This document shows, one piece after another, positions 63,245 through 64,000 of a stretch of DNA of 64,000 bases. Under the pieces are notes generated by a model. That model made no database searches. It saw nothing but the letters and a program-made list of their open reading frames with translations, and was not told the DNA's origin. Origin of the DNA: Octopus sinensis (lineage: Eukaryota); contig NC_043007.1 of NCBI RefSeq assembly GCF_006345805.1, forward strand, positions 23,126,001 to 23,190,000, read 5' to 3'. Both the position numbers and the translations under genes were made by a program. Each line of letters begins with the position of its first letter. The stretch's first letter is position 1.

Positions 63245-64000
63245 GACCCATAGTATATTAGCAGCGTTATTTTCTAAAACAGATGGAGGCTTATATGCGC
63301 ACTATATATCTTTTCCTCTCGTGAAGCACTAAGGAAAACTAAGGAAATGACTAATAATTTATGTTATTCACAAATTGGTGACAGTTGAAGGATCATCAAC
63401 GTATGTGACGCTGACGATTACAACAAAAGGAGCTGTTACGCGTTCCTTCGATTAGCTAGAAACAGTAGCCAAATCTCCATCAAATCTCAAAACACATCGT
63501 AATGTCTTTAAAAAAAATGGAGTTACTCGTAGGATAATATCACACTGGACTTACAAAAAGGAGGGATGGTCACGGAAAGTATGCTCCCTGATCTTGTGTT
63601 TGCTTAATCGGGGCTGACCTAAGTTTAAGCAACAACCACAGCATCAATATTAACAGTGGTATAATGGGGAAGATATGATATATACTTTCACAACAGTAAA
63701 TAAAGGAAGGAAGAAAGAAAGAATGGTTTTCTATTACAAACTGTTTCCTGTAATCAACACTCCGCTTCTAAAATACTTAACACTATATTCTACTTGTCGC
63801 TTCTACTTAAATATTTTAAAACATTCTTTTACATCATAGCACCCCCCAACTCACCCCCAATCACCTGCCACTGCATTCTCAACGTCCATCTTAAGAAGAT
63901 ATTAGAAAAAGAATAAAAAAAAAAAAGAACAACAAAAGACGTCTCTGTCACTTCTTAGTCAACGGTTTCACCAGTTGTCAATAACTTTCTCACAACTATT

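Overview
This is an AT-rich, gene-poor animal genomic window. The SINE families and extreme microsatellite load suggest an octopus or other coleoid cephalopod, which is my inference. I found no convincing host protein-coding exon, and nearly all ORF-track entries are translations of microsatellites or SINEs. The window is a mosaic of tRNA-derived SINEs (three to four families, about 30 copies), fragments of RTE-type and R4-type LINEs, a Penelope-like element (PLE) fragment with a GIY-YIG endonuclease, a decayed mariner, a Tc1 fragment, hAT and pogo MITEs, non-autonomous Helitrons and one solitary 5S rRNA copy. The most notable hidden layer is at least 9 minimal type-I hammerhead ribozyme (HHR) motifs, plus several decayed ones, in short non-coding modules mostly embedded in (TA)n. 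These include a perfect 458-bp palindrome with one HHR on each strand and a 355-bp-period retrozyme-like unit. Many fold-back palindromes, a possible 5S-SINE composite, SINE multimers with one fixed junction and a twin-primed SINE insertion are also present. All coordinates were read by eye, and repeat boundaries are approximate unless a TSD or TIR is quoted.
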